A stretch of DNA of 64,000 nucleotides from Hormiphora californensis (lineage: Eukaryota; Animalia; Ctenophora), in NCBI GenBank assembly GCA_020137815.1, contig CM035354.1:7812001-7876000 (forward strand). The letters run 5' to 3'. Both the position numbers and the translations under genes were made by a program. A model generated the notes under the pieces. That model saw nothing but the letters and a program-made list of their open reading frames with translations, was not told the DNA's origin and made no database searches. Positions 26,623-61,883 of the stretch are shown piece after piece (within the stretch, counting starts at the first letter, position 1; every line of letters starts with the position of its first letter).

Positions 26623-27765
26623 GGTGCCCGTCTCGCTCGGATTATTTCCCCCAAAACTGGAATAGTGTACCATAAAAAGTCCAACAGAGCATAACATCCA
26701 ACTCCAATAGCGTGCCACATCAAGAAGAGACCACTCCAAGGACCAAAAGCGGTATCTTTTGAATAGGGAGCTCTCTTGGAGTGGTCTCTTCTGGATGTGT
26801 AGCGCTCTTGAATGTGGTGCACTCTTGGATTTGGTGCACTCCTGAACTTTTTTTATGGTGCACCAATCACCAAGAGCGAGAATATAAGCTATTTTCTTCC
26901 GTTTTGACCCCTTGGGGATTATCCTGTTAAAAGCTCCCTAAATACTGTTTTAAACCGAATACGTCTTTGTAGTTCTGAAGAAAATACAATCAACAACAAA
27001 AAAGTTTCATTTTGGTCACACGCTGCACGCACCGCTGCACTAATTTTTTCTTAGCAGGCAATATACATTATAAAAACTAGCCACCGCTGAGGATAACTCT
27101 ACCATTGAAGATTGAAGACATTAGGAAAAGTATGCTGCATGGGACTTTTATATAGGGGTTCTGTCATGATTTCGATTCCCTGAAAAATAGCTGACTTGTC
27201 AGCGTTAAAATCTGCGTTGCGACGTTTATCTGGAGCCACAAAACTATCCTTTTGGTCACGTGGCCTAGTTTTGTACAATGACATAGCTTGGAGGTTGGGT
27301 CACGTGACACGGTGATCTCATGCTACCAGTGAAGATAAAGAGACATCGAGAGAGAAAGAGGGGGAGAGTGAGTAGATGATACTTTTAAAGTGTTTTCTAT
27401 ATATCTGTTTTCTTTATCTCTATATGGATTAGATTCATTCCTTGAAGTACCAAGATAGCACCTGAAGAAGTCAGATCAGAGCCCGACATATCAGTTCTTA
27501 TTCGTTCACCGTTTTTTATAGCCTCACAGCAGCTGTTCAATCCAGCCCGGTGTCTGGACTATTCATCCTCTCACACCTACCTGACGTTTGTTATTCTCTG
27601 TGAAAGATAACACAACTGCACTGTAGCTATCTAAACACTGATTTCTTCCTTGTCCAGCACTGTATTATATATTTTCTGAATTGCTTTTTGCCCTTCACAT
27701 TTTGTTGGTAAGTTACACACAAATTAATTACCATGTTGCCACATCAACCTCTCTCTTTCACTGTT

Positions 27766-27778
27766 TTCTCTCTCTCAC

Positions 27779-27858
<80 letters not shown>
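27766..27858. repeat. (CT)n microsatellite upstream of the nucleoredoxin ATG
   Basis: Directly visible. Confidence 0.95.
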
Positions 27859-27863
<5 letters not shown>

Positions 27864-27900
27864 GTGTTCTCCCAATTAACCCGGCAGCTAATTCACAGCC

Positions 27901-30900
27901 ATGTCTGCCTTTGTCGAGTTACTCGGAAGTAAGCTGCAGGGAAAATCAGGGGAGGTTGATACCGCCACCGCACTTGCTGACAAATATGTGGCGCTGTACT
28001 TTAGTGCTCACTGGTGTCCCCCCTGCCGAGGATTCACCCCCGAACTAGCGAAACTGTACTTGAAGCTGAGCGACAAGCCCTTTGAGATCGTGTTTGTGAG
28101 CAGTGATAAGGCTGATGGAGCGTTTAACGAGTATTATGAGACTATGCCTTGGTTGGCACTCCCCTACGCTGACAGGGACAGGAAGGCTGCTCTGAGCGCT
28201 AAATTCAAGGTAAAGAGATCATTATTCTACATGAAACTTTCTTTCCTCATTATGTAAAGGAGTCCCTTACAGTAGGGTTCCACTTGAATAATACAACTCT
28301 CCCTTCTTGCTACAATTCAACTGTTTTACGGGAAACCCTGCCCCCCCACCGGTGGGGGCCACCCCTCACGTCTTACTGTCGCCAGATTGCAGACTGTAAC
28401 ATTCACATGCCCCCCCCCCTAGGTAAAAGGAATTCCCTCGCTCATCATGCTGGACAAGGACGGTAGTGTGCTGAACAAGGATGCCCGGTCAGATGTTGAT
28501 AGTGACCCGGAGGGACACAAGTTCCCCTGGGCTCCCCCTGCTGTCAAGGATGTCATTGGTACGTGTTGCTCTGTTGAGTACGTGATAGTCTTATAGTGGG
28601 TAGATGTCATTGGTGTATTGGGATGATGATGTTAGTTGGTGAGTGCATGATAACGATAACTGGTAGGATAAAGCGTAGAGAATATAATACCGATCTTAGT
28701 TTCACCTGTTTAGTCTGGCTGACAAAGAAAAAAAAAGGAAGATAATTGAACAGGTGCTAGGAAACAATATATATCTGGCCCTAACTAATCTAGTGGCGGG
28801 GGTCCTATGAGATAGCACCTGCCCATTACCATGCACCCTCTATCACTTGTCATTAGCCAGGTGTATTGTAGTATCTTTAGCAGGTGTATCTTACTATACC
28901 TCATGAGTCATGTGTACTACAAAACAGTAAACACGCTCACACATTCACACAATATGTTTTAACCGTGTCAGCGCTAAATATTATGAATATGGTCGTGTCT
29001 AACCTAATCAGTTCCTATATGTTCCAATTTCAACCAGGTCGATTCTTGAGCATACTGTATTTATCAGCTACTGCAGCAGTAGTAAAAAGTTGAGCTAGTA
29101 GAGCTTGAAAGAGCATACTGATGTGCTGGTGTATGCAGGGATCGCCTAGTGTACATTATTGTGTGCAGGAAATACACATTTACTGTTGTTAGTATAATGT
29201 GCTAAGCATCAGAGGGAGAGGTAGAGAGAGCCCCGTAGCTAGTAAAAATACTTTTACTTTCGATTTGTCTTCTCATCACTTTCACTTGTCCAGGTACCGA
29301 GTTTGTGGACCGAGAAGGCAAGACTGTTACCATGGAGAGCCTGAAAGGAAAACACATCGGAATTTACTTCTCCGCTCACTGGTGAGATGATCTCATGGGA
29401 CAAATAGATAGGGGTAGATATCGGGGGGGGGGGGGGTCAATAAATGCTGCTGAGCAGTCGACTATTATTATTATACCCCACACTATCAGCTGCAGCTATA
29501 GATCTCAAATTAGAGTAGAAAAGGAGCCGTGCTGTAGTCCAGACACACAGACCTTATCGACCATGAATATCAAACATAAAACATTAGATCACCCTGCGGC
29601 CTGCCTCCAGTCTGGAGGCTCCAGGCGATAGCATGACGTTATTTCTCCAGCTGAGTGAGCTATTGCTTGTGAAAAGGTTTTCAATTTTTCAGCTTTCTTT
29701 CTTTTTAAAGTTCTTTTAACTAATTCTACACTCGACTACCAAGTAATGACATGTACACTCCAACCTGCACTGTTAGACCAATTATACCAACGACTAGTAG
29801 ATGGAGAGAGACAATAGAGATAGGGGGATCGGAAGAGAGTAAACTAAATGTCAGTTACCATAGCAACTAACTCTTATAATTTCTCCGATTTGTCACCTTA
29901 GTTATTATAATACTCCAAGCTAAGGACAGAATGGCTCCTTTTCTCTTGTTCGCGAAATATCCTAATTCATGTGTGCGAGAAAGAGAGAAAATATTTTCAT
30001 CCGTGTTCTGTAGACTAAACTATTCCATGTAATGATCACAACCCCCGTCGGCATCTAGTGAGTCATCAACCCCTCCTCTTTTCCAGGTGTCCTCCCTGCC
30101 AGTCATTCACACCAAAACTTGCTGAAACGTACAACAAGATGAAGGCAGCTGGGAAAAATTTCGAGATAATCTTCGCTTCCAGTGATAGTAACCAGGAACA
30201 ATTCGAGTAAGTATCCCTACCACCGTCTTCCCTTCTTTCCTTCCCCATCCTTCCTCCTTTTTCTCCAAATTACCCCTCTTCCCCCAGGTAGTTCTTTCGG
30301 TAGTTTACACTGCCCCACACTCTCACAGTGTGTCCACTGCCACAGTGTGTCCACTGCCTCATTTACTAAAACCTCTCTCCCTTCAGTACATACTATGCCG
30401 AGATGCCCTGGCTAGCAGTTCCCTATAGCGACCGAGAGAGGAAAGAAAGCCTTTCTCGGATCTTTGGCGTGTCAGGTAAAAGAACAAGAATTCACGGGAA
30501 AAAACGTATGTCACTACCTAGTGGCGGATACTGGGTGTTAGTTAGGACCAGTCCTTGAGAGTTCAATATTTGATTGACTCCTTTCACCATCCTACCATTT
30601 TCACAAAAAATCCTGCTCACCGTGAACTCTTTAGCTCAAGTAATCTCAGCTATTATTGAAAACCTTTCCAGGAATCCCAACTTTGGTAATTCTGAACCCT
30701 GATTTGAGTGTGGTGAGCGCCAATGCTAGGGGACGTATTGGAGGTGATCCTGAGGGAAATGAGTTCCCCTGGGGACCAAGGGTAAGCAAGGGAGGGAAGA
30801 AGAGAGAGATAGGGTGGGAGGGAAGAAGAGAGATAGAGAGTGAGAGATAAAGTGGTATACATTGAGGGAGATGGAGAGGTAGAAGGATATGCATATGCGT

Positions 30901-32307
30901 AACGACACGCAGCAAATTAGCTAGCACGATTTCTGACATACACACACACCAACAACACACAATTCCTAGAACAGCACAATAATTAGTGGCCGTAAAATAT
31001 ACCACCGATACCACGCACTTGCTATACATATATTATTTTGTCCAGCAAGCTCAGTGAGCTTAGCTCACACACACTATAACTATATAGACCAGTTTTCCAT
31101 TCAATATATTCCTATTTATCATGTTTATCCCATCCCCAGTAACATTTCTTTCCCCAGTCAATGCTCTGCAGCTTCCAGTGTTTCTCTTTTTGTGTACCAT
31201 CTGCTATCCGTTTCCTATCACACTCTCCTTCTTTGTCTCCCTCTAGTCTGTATCTCTCTTCCTTTCTCTTGGCCCTCTCTCTCTACAACACTATATTGTA
31301 CAACAGTCTTTTCTCTAATAGGTGCAATAGCCTGCTACTAGCATTCCCATACCACACACAGTTCTGCGTGGAAACAAAAGCAGGGAGAAAGAGAGAGGGA
31401 GAGAGGAGAGGGAGGGAGAGAGAGGGGGTAGAGTGAGTCAGAGAAAGAAAGAGGGCAAGAAAGAAAGAGGGGTAGAGAAAAAGTAAAAAGTTATGAGAGA
31501 GAGAGGTATAGAGACTAAAGAGAGAGGTAGGTGATCTAATATATCCTTCACAGTTGCATGCATTTATTCACCAAGTAAAATGTCTTTGATCTGTCCATCC
31601 TCAGGTGGCATCTGATAATCCTGTGAATCTAATTCTCTCACACCATCACACAGTCCAATATGAACTATGATCACTACCCCCCCCCCCCCCCTTCATGTTC
31701 ACCAAACCCCCCTGTCCCCCACTAAACTCCCCCTTCCCTACTAACCCTCCCCCTCCTCAGACCCTGACCAACATTGACGAGGATCCCTCCGATGCCAACG
31801 AGTTTGTGTGTGTCTACTTCGTAAAGGGCAATATGGGTGATGATGATGCTAACGCCATCATGGATGAGATGCGTGCACAGGGACAGAAGTACATTGACAG
31901 TGCTACTAGTGCTGACAGCAGAGAGTTCATCTTCTACTATTCTAATGATACCGTGAGTAGTATTGCTTTTATTGGGTCTCTTCTAGGGGATAATTGCCGC
32001 CTCATGATGGTGCCACTAACTGCCGTCTTTTTTGCATTATTATATTTACTCACACCCTGTCAAAATGGTCAGGTATCTAGTCAGATCTTCCTTTCTCACA
32101 CCCTCTATATTTCAGAATGGTCAGGTATCTAGTCAGATTGTATCTTCCTTTGAGGATGCTCCAGCTGGTGACGGACCCCTGATGATACTTCTTGATATCC
32201 CTGCTGGTGGGAAGTACTACCTCCACTCTGAGGCCACTGTTGGTGCTGTTAAGGAGATCATTGACAGTTATAAGGGAGGCGCCATTACATTGTCTCAGCT
32301 CCAGTAA
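27901..32307 (+). CDS. NXN: Nucleoredoxin-like protein: two TryX/NRX thioredoxin domains plus a C-terminal thioredoxin-like domain; 8 exons
   Basis: Exons 27901-28209, 28423-28558, 29294-29381, 30087-30206, 30387-30475, 30672-30781, 31761-31952, 32116-32307. Both catalytic domains show YFSAHWCPPC..FTP.L, FEI.F.SSD, MPWLA.PY.DR and GIP.L...DPEG..FPW. Confidence 0.9.
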
Positions 32308-34238
32308 AGGGAGAAAGGACACCGCTATATGAACTCTTGTATCTTGACAGTTTTTGTTGTTTTGCGGAAAAGTGAATGTTGTTCTGCTGGTAATGTTGCA
32401 TGAATTTTATATCTCCTGTGAAACGCTAAGTATAATGTGAAATACCAATTTATTATGTATACCAATGGTTAAACTGGTCTCTTTTTTGATAAACTAAATA
32501 ATTGATGCCATGATTGTTGGCGAAAGTAAACCCGAAACAAAAAGGAGCTTGTCACCCGATATTATCGGGTTTGGCAGACGCAGCAGCTGCATCACAGTGA
32601 TCATTGGAACGCGCGATCACTCATTCTTGGTGGTATTTGCGCAAACTCTAGGACGCGCAAAGAATAAACGCGCATAAAGTGTGCGCGTTTTAGAATTTAA
32701 TGCAAATGTAATCCTCCAAAACACGAGTTGCAACTCGTTGAAAAATCCTGTTTTGTGATTTGTCCTTCGTTTCAGACCCTCAGCAGGGTGCCCTATGCAA
32801 CGTATGGTTAGATAGCAGCGATCATACAAGCATACATACATGTTATTTCACTCTACAGAACACAGTACAGATCGAAGAATCGCCACAGCGCTTCATCTGG
32901 ATAGGCTGCCCACTGCAGCTGTGGCCTGTGAGGCTCGCAGTCAGCAGTGCTAATCAATGTCCATTAACCATAGAAGATATACTGAAATACCAAAGTTGTT
33001 TAAATTTAAGACTTTCTTGCATACTTCAATCTTCTCTAATCTAGTTTTGTGGTACGAATTGGTAGGTGATCTGCTATTCAGTCTTCAGAAATCTAGTCAT
33101 ACTTTGACGGCAGCTGCTTGACATAACGGTACCCAATAATAATTAGCCAGTCATAGCATTAATTCCTAGCTCCAAAGAGTGCCATCGTCATCAAGTTAAT
33201 TCCATGCAAAAGACCATGAACTACTGGTGTCAGAACTTGTATGGGTTTGGTTCACCCTTTGTTCAGGAGGAGACCGCACTAATTCACCAGATAAACTTTT
33301 AATTGTCAAGCTACTCCATGTCTGTGTGTGGACAACAGCATTTGACTAAGTTGTCTGAGATTATATACTGACTAATACACTACATTCTCTCTAATAGATT
33401 CTTTGTATTTTGTTCTGTTTACATTGTCAATCAAGCTAACATGCTGCCAGAGACTACTGCAGAGAGTACTTGATAACCTGGCCAGTTATAGTGTTTGACA
33501 TGCTTCACGTAGTACAAGAGTACTATAAGAGTTAGCGTGTTTCGGTAGTTTAGGCTACGTTTAGATCATGTGATAATAGCAGAATGCACACAGCCTAAAA
33601 AGTGGTTCCTCGGTTTAGAAACCCAATAAAACCCTCTTTTTTAACTTGCTTCGTGCTTCATCCTGCGCTTCACAATTGACGGTTAAGATGAAAAGTCAGC
33701 TTTCAATTTTCCCACATCTAATAATAACTTGCCATCATTCTATTCTTCAACTTTTCAATTCTTATTGGGAGAAACTTATTACATTTCGTTACATACTGCC
33801 ACGGCCATTGTTTCACTGTTTCCTATTCTCGCTTGTGCTGCTGCTGCCTTCGTTAGTAAAGCTTTTCAGCTGTTCATATAATACCCACACTTGCAAATAG
33901 TTACACACACATAGTTCTCTCTCTCTATCTCTCTCTCTCTCTCTCTCTCTTTCTATCTCTCTCTCTCTCTCTCTCCTTCTCTCTCTCTCACACACTAAAA
34001 CACTTTACTTAGTGGTTTTGCTAACGAGCTAATTTGTGAGACAGTAGGAACTACGTGCATATTATGCGACACATGTGTTCCCCTCTCTCCCACTTGTCTC
34101 TGTGCTGCAGTAGTGAGAGAGGGCCACCTACCTCCCCCCCCCCCCAAACACTTATCTTCTTCCTCTGCCATATTTCCCTGACTCCGGTTCCCGGTAATTT
34201 TATTGCCCCTTTATTTTACAAGGCGACATGAACTAGAG

Positions 34239-54958
<20,720 letters not shown>

Positions 54959-55587
54959 TTAACTCTTTAATAAAACTGTGTTTGTGTTTGGGGATTTTGA
55001 ATTTATTATTTGTTTATTTTTTTTGGAAGTTATATATATTTATGTTTAAACATGTTTTAAGATTCGCAGCAGAGAGACACGATTTATTTGCAGAGACTAG
55101 ATGGTGTAAATACATTTTCCTCTTTTTCTGTTGATTTCTTTTAGATATTTGAGTTTTCTGATTTGCACAAGGGTTAAAAACAACGTACATAGCTTTTCTC
55201 GACCCTCTCTCTCCGAGAAGTGGTTCGAATAAGTTGATAATGTGACAGTCTCCCATTTGCTTGTCTTGCTCAACATAACAACACGTTTCCTGATTGATCT
55301 CTTGTTGAGTAAACAACTGATCACAGTGTGGTGTCGGATATATAAAATTTACCATGGACGTTGTTTTTACTGGTAGGAGAGAAGGCGGTGATTTGTAGAA
55401 AATCAAATCAAAGGTATAAACATAAAATTGAACTGTACTTCAGGCACAATATTTTTGTTTCCCCACATTGAACTCCCTCCCCTATCATCTCCTCATAGCC
55501 ATGTGAACCAACCTCCCCCCCCCCATTTCGCATAAAACGCTCTGTAACAGTCCTGAAGTTTGTTTTGATTATTGTCTCTGTATCCCC

Positions 55588-56664
55588 TCAGTTTCTCGTC
55601 CTATCGAACACGATCTCATCACTGTCACTGTCCCCATTGTCCTCCTCAAGAGGCTGCAACTCTATATTATCTCTCCTGTCCCCTCTTGTACTAACCATCG
55701 TATAACTGAAGGGGAGGAAGGAGGGTTAGTTACCATAGCAACATGTTAAAACACTGGCAATGTTGTGTCGAATTTGATCGGTGAAAAGGACCATTCTTCC
55801 ACGCGTCCAGTCGTCGAGAACGGGGAACACCAAAGTGCGCGCGTGAGGAGTTGCCTGCGCGAGGACTGTTACTTTGTTGTTCCCGCGCCCTCCAACTATG
55901 CAGCACGCTAACGAGTTCTATTTTCAATTGACCTTCCACCACTGCAGCAACAGGCCCGGCCAGAACTAAAAAGAGCACGTTTCTTAGAAGAAGGTAGTTG
56001 GAAGAAACAGGATGGTTTAAATAGAGAGAGAGAGAGTGACGTAGTGCTCGTGTGTGTAACACACCGCTTACACACAAATAACCGGTGAAATCAGAGATCG
56101 GGGGTTAAATTGGTGCTCTGTAATTGGTAGTTTCCTCTAATTGGGTGTAATTATTAGTGCAGGAGGTGGAGAAGATTGAAAATAGTGTAATGTTTAAACA
56201 GCATAGCACACTTTGCTTCCTACACTTGCTGTCATCAACAAACACGTCATTCCAGGCAGGGAGAGGTAAATAGTGATACGTGATGGGACGGAGCTAGGAG
56301 TGAGGACCCAATCCCCCAATTACACAGGCCTGGATGTTATTTTAGTGAAACTGTTTCACGGCTATTCAGACATGGCTGTTCAGTTTTCAGTGTTCAGATG
56401 AAAAGGATTTAGGAAATCAATTTGGTGACGCAGTCACCCTTCCAACTCGCGCACGTAGCACGCAAAAACGAAGCCCGTGTAGCGGGCTGAGTTGTAAGAG
56501 GTGACGGCGCCACCAAGAAATCAATGTGATGAACTCTGCAACACATGTATCCCTAATCTCGTTGTAGTGCTGTACTACTGCACCTGTGCTGTTATAATCA
56601 AGGAAATTACCCTAGTGTGCTGAGAAATGGTAGTGGAAGGGAGGGGAACATAGTTAGATATGGT

Positions 56665-56700
<36 letters not shown>

Positions 56701-58473
56701 TAGAGTAGAGAAGAGAGAGAGAGTAGAGAGAGGAGAGGAGAGAGAGAGTGAGAGAGCAGATGAGATATGAAGCAGGAGAAGAGATCTCTCATGTCTCTCA
56801 TACTGCTCTCCTAGCATACTACTCTCGCTCTGTGCTCTGATCTCTCTCTCTCTTCTGCTCTCGTCTCCTCTCGCTCTGCTCTAGTCTCGCTTCGTGCGTC
56901 TTCTGCTCTCTCTCGTCTCTCGAGCTCTGCTGTCGCTGCTCCTCTCTCTCTCTCCTGCTTCTCATCTCTCCCTCTCTCTCGTCTCTGCTCAGACATTCTC
57001 TTGCTGCTCTCTTTTCATCTTCTCTCTCTCTCTCTCTCTCTTTCTTCTGCTCTTCATCTTCTCTTCTCTCTTCATCTACTCTCTCTACTCTGCTCTGTTT
57101 TTTCGGCTTCTCCTTGTACTAGACTTATCTCTCTATTCTTTCTTCTCTCCCATATCCTTGCTGCCCATTGTCCTAACTGATTCTCCTGTACTGAGTCAGT
57201 TGATGTTTTCGTGCTTCCTTTTCGTCACACCCCATTCCGGTTTGTCCTATGTCTCCTTCTCTTATTAAGTCGAACTTGCTTCCTCATTTCTCACTCTCGC
57301 TTGTTTCTCGTGCCGAATTGGAGACCAGTCTGCTCTGAATACGTTATAGTTTGATGAAAAATTTCATGCTAGCTTGAAATGAATACAGAACAGTATGAAC
57401 ATAATGTTAGTAGTTTGGTATTGGAAGAATTCAAGTCGCAAGTAATAAGTAGTAGAAGTAGTAGTAGTTATATAGTGCTGCCAGAATGAAATATGCGAGT
57501 GAGTAGTGAGGTCAATTCAGGGAGGGGTAATATATTGCAACATACCCAGCTGACACAATAATATATGGATCTACTGTGGAAGGGTGGTAATTGTCTCTGT
57601 ATAACTCTTTCTAAAGGGAGCATGTCAATTGCTTAATCAGTTTTGAGCCACTCCTTTCTTAGTGTCTCACATACCTAATGTGCGTGTTGACAGCAGTGAC
57701 ATGATGTCACTTGGTATTGAGACATGTTACAATGGAGTGTCACACACACTGTGTAACTCATTAGTACCTGAGGAAACTGCGAGTGTACCCCTTTACTCCT
57801 TTCATTACGAAGAACACGATGATCAGAGCGGAGATGGGCGCCACCTGGTGGGGGGGGGGCTGTGAGTTGCTGCAATTGGAAAGAGGGGCCAGGGCCGTGA
57901 TAAACGAATAAATGAGTGGTAAAACAAGAGAAATGGTCAAGGTGTGGTATAACACATCTGTTGACACAAGACAGAGATTAGAGAAAAGGAGCCAGCACGG
58001 TAGAAACACCATCTACATAGCAGGGGTCTCTACAACCCCGCCCTTGCAACACATGTCCTACATACCAAGTAAAGAAGGAGTCGGAGGGAGTTTATCTTAT
58101 CTTCTGTTGTCCCAGGATTGTCATCAGTCAATATTGGCTGATCATTCAGGTTGTCATCCTCTGATTTCTTAACATCATTAACTGATTTTTCATCTTCTGA
58201 TGTTGTGACATTGCCACTTGCATTATCCTTTACAATTGGTTTCTCACCAGGATTTTCAGGCACATTCTTGTCAGGATTTACAGGATTGCCTGCACCAGGT
58301 GCTTCGTTTCCATCGTTTCCATCAGATTGAGCAAACGCTGAAAAAGGAGAAATGATATTTGTGAACAACAAAGTAAAATCTTGTAATACTCACTAAAACA
58401 CATAGCACATAGTGGTGAAATATGACTTACATGTAGAGCTGACTACCAATAGAAAACACAGTAAAAACCTCAT
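55588..58473 (-). CDS. FAM174: FAM174-like type I membrane protein; 4 exons
   Basis: Exons 58473-58431, 58337-58066, 57844-57768, 55705-55588 are all phase-consistent. Signal peptide MRFLLCFLLVVSS, acidic disordered ectodomain, TM LLLYLVAPISALIIVFFVM, tail YTMV..NIELQPLEED...DSDEIVFD. Confidence 0.75.
56664..57090. repeat. Degenerate (GA)n followed by (CT)n low-complexity tract in the FAM174-like intron
   Basis: Directly visible. Confidence 0.85.
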
Positions 58474-58479
58474 CTCGTG

Positions 58480-60617
<2,138 letters not shown>

Positions 60618-60914
60618 ACAACCCGGACCCAGCATGTTTTATCAACTTTCAGTTGGTTTTTTTATCATTTGACTCTCTTTTGAATTTTTTAAAACCACAG
60701 GACGTTGAAAAATAATATATTTTTGATCTTTTCTTTTGAAATTTTGGAAACATTATATCCACAGACATTTAACAATGATTATTTATCTTCATTTTATGTT
60801 TGCTAGAGTAGATCAAATTTTATGTAGTGGCCGGCACAGTAACTGTTGTATTATCTTAAATATCTACATGATTCTATCTCGACTACTCAAAACCAACCGT
60901 TCCCCAAACTAACA

Positions 60915-61028
60915 CACCCTCTCTTGAAAATAATCCACCTCTCCCTCTCAAACTAATCCCCTCCATCCCTCTCTTGAAACTAACCCGGACCTCTCCCTCT
61001 CTTGAAACTAACCCAGACCTCTCCCTCT
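60915..61028. repeat. ~27-bp pyrimidine-rich tandem repeat (CCCTCTCTTGAAACTAACCC..) upstream of PSMF1
   Basis: About four degenerate copies visible. Confidence 0.7.
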
Positions 61029-61048
61029 GTATAGCTGTGATGTGAGTC

Positions 61049-61774
61049 ATGCCTCGTCGCACAGCAAAGAGCCCCTTTCACGGGGCGTTCTCCATGCTCC
61101 ACGATGCTATAATCAAGAAGGGTTTTGTAACAGAGACAGGAGAGGTATCACTACCCTACGGGTGGGATGAACAAGATGATGTTGTGTCAGTATCCTACAC
61201 CAGGAAGGAGTTACCTGACTCCCTTCTTCAGACTAAATGTGTCCTAATGGGGGAGACCATGATCATTAATGTCCTACACAAAACTGTTCTAAAGACACTG
61301 GATATTGAGATTGGGAGTTATGTGATTGATTTCCGAGATCACAGCTATGAGGTTAAGAATATCCAGCCCTTTGAGAGGAAGGTGTATGATGATGCGTTAT
61401 ACCCCCTGATACCCTCCCTGAAACCTCCTAAACATACCTCCACCCCTACCCGGGTGCAGCAGCCAGAGAGGGTGGACCCTCTGAGGGATGAGAGACTGCC
61501 TGGTAGAGCACCACAACCCATCAATCCCATGCCATTTCCCTTTGCAGTGGGAGGGGACGATCTGAACCCACTAGGAAGAGGTAGAGGGAGATGGGATGGG
61601 CCTGGGGGAGGGGGTATGATAATGGACCCTATGAGGGCTATGAGGGGAGGAGTGGGAAGGTTGCCAGGACCTAGATTTGATCCAGTAGGGCCGGGAGGGT
61701 TTGGTCCAGATAATGACGAACTAATGCCCCCAGGGAGGCCAGGAATGCCAGATATGGATGATATGTTTATGTGA
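61049..61774 (+). CDS. PSMF1: Proteasome inhibitor PI31 subunit
   Basis: FP-domain motifs (H..I...GF, LP.GW....V...Y), VGGDDLNP, GGGMIMDP, PG.RFDP.GP, PDNDEL.PPG, C-terminal DDMFM. Confidence 0.9.
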   Translation: MPRRTAKSPFHGAFSMLHDAIIKKGFVTETGEVSLPYGWDEQDDVVSVSYTRKELPDSLLQTKCVLMGETMIINVLHKTVLKTLDIEIGSYVIDFRDHSYEVKNIQPFERKVYDDALYPLIPSLKPPKHTSTPTRVQQPERVDPLRDERLPGRAPQPINPMPFPFAVGGDDLNPLGRGRGRWDGPGGGGMIMDPMRAMRGGVGRLPGPRFDPVGPGGFGPDNDELMPPGRPGMPDMDDMFM

Positions 61775-61883
61775 TTTTGCCAATTGTTGTTGTGTTTTAC
61801 CAGTTTTTCGTATTATGAACTTAGGTGTATCATTCTCAAATCCCAGTACCATATGCACTCTCTTTTAACCCCTCCACTGCAGC

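Noticed and set aside
55730-56560. Nested gene or snoRNA in the FAM174-like intron
   Set aside because: No recognisable domain, no convincing splice phase, and no C/D or H/ACA box pair on the host strand.
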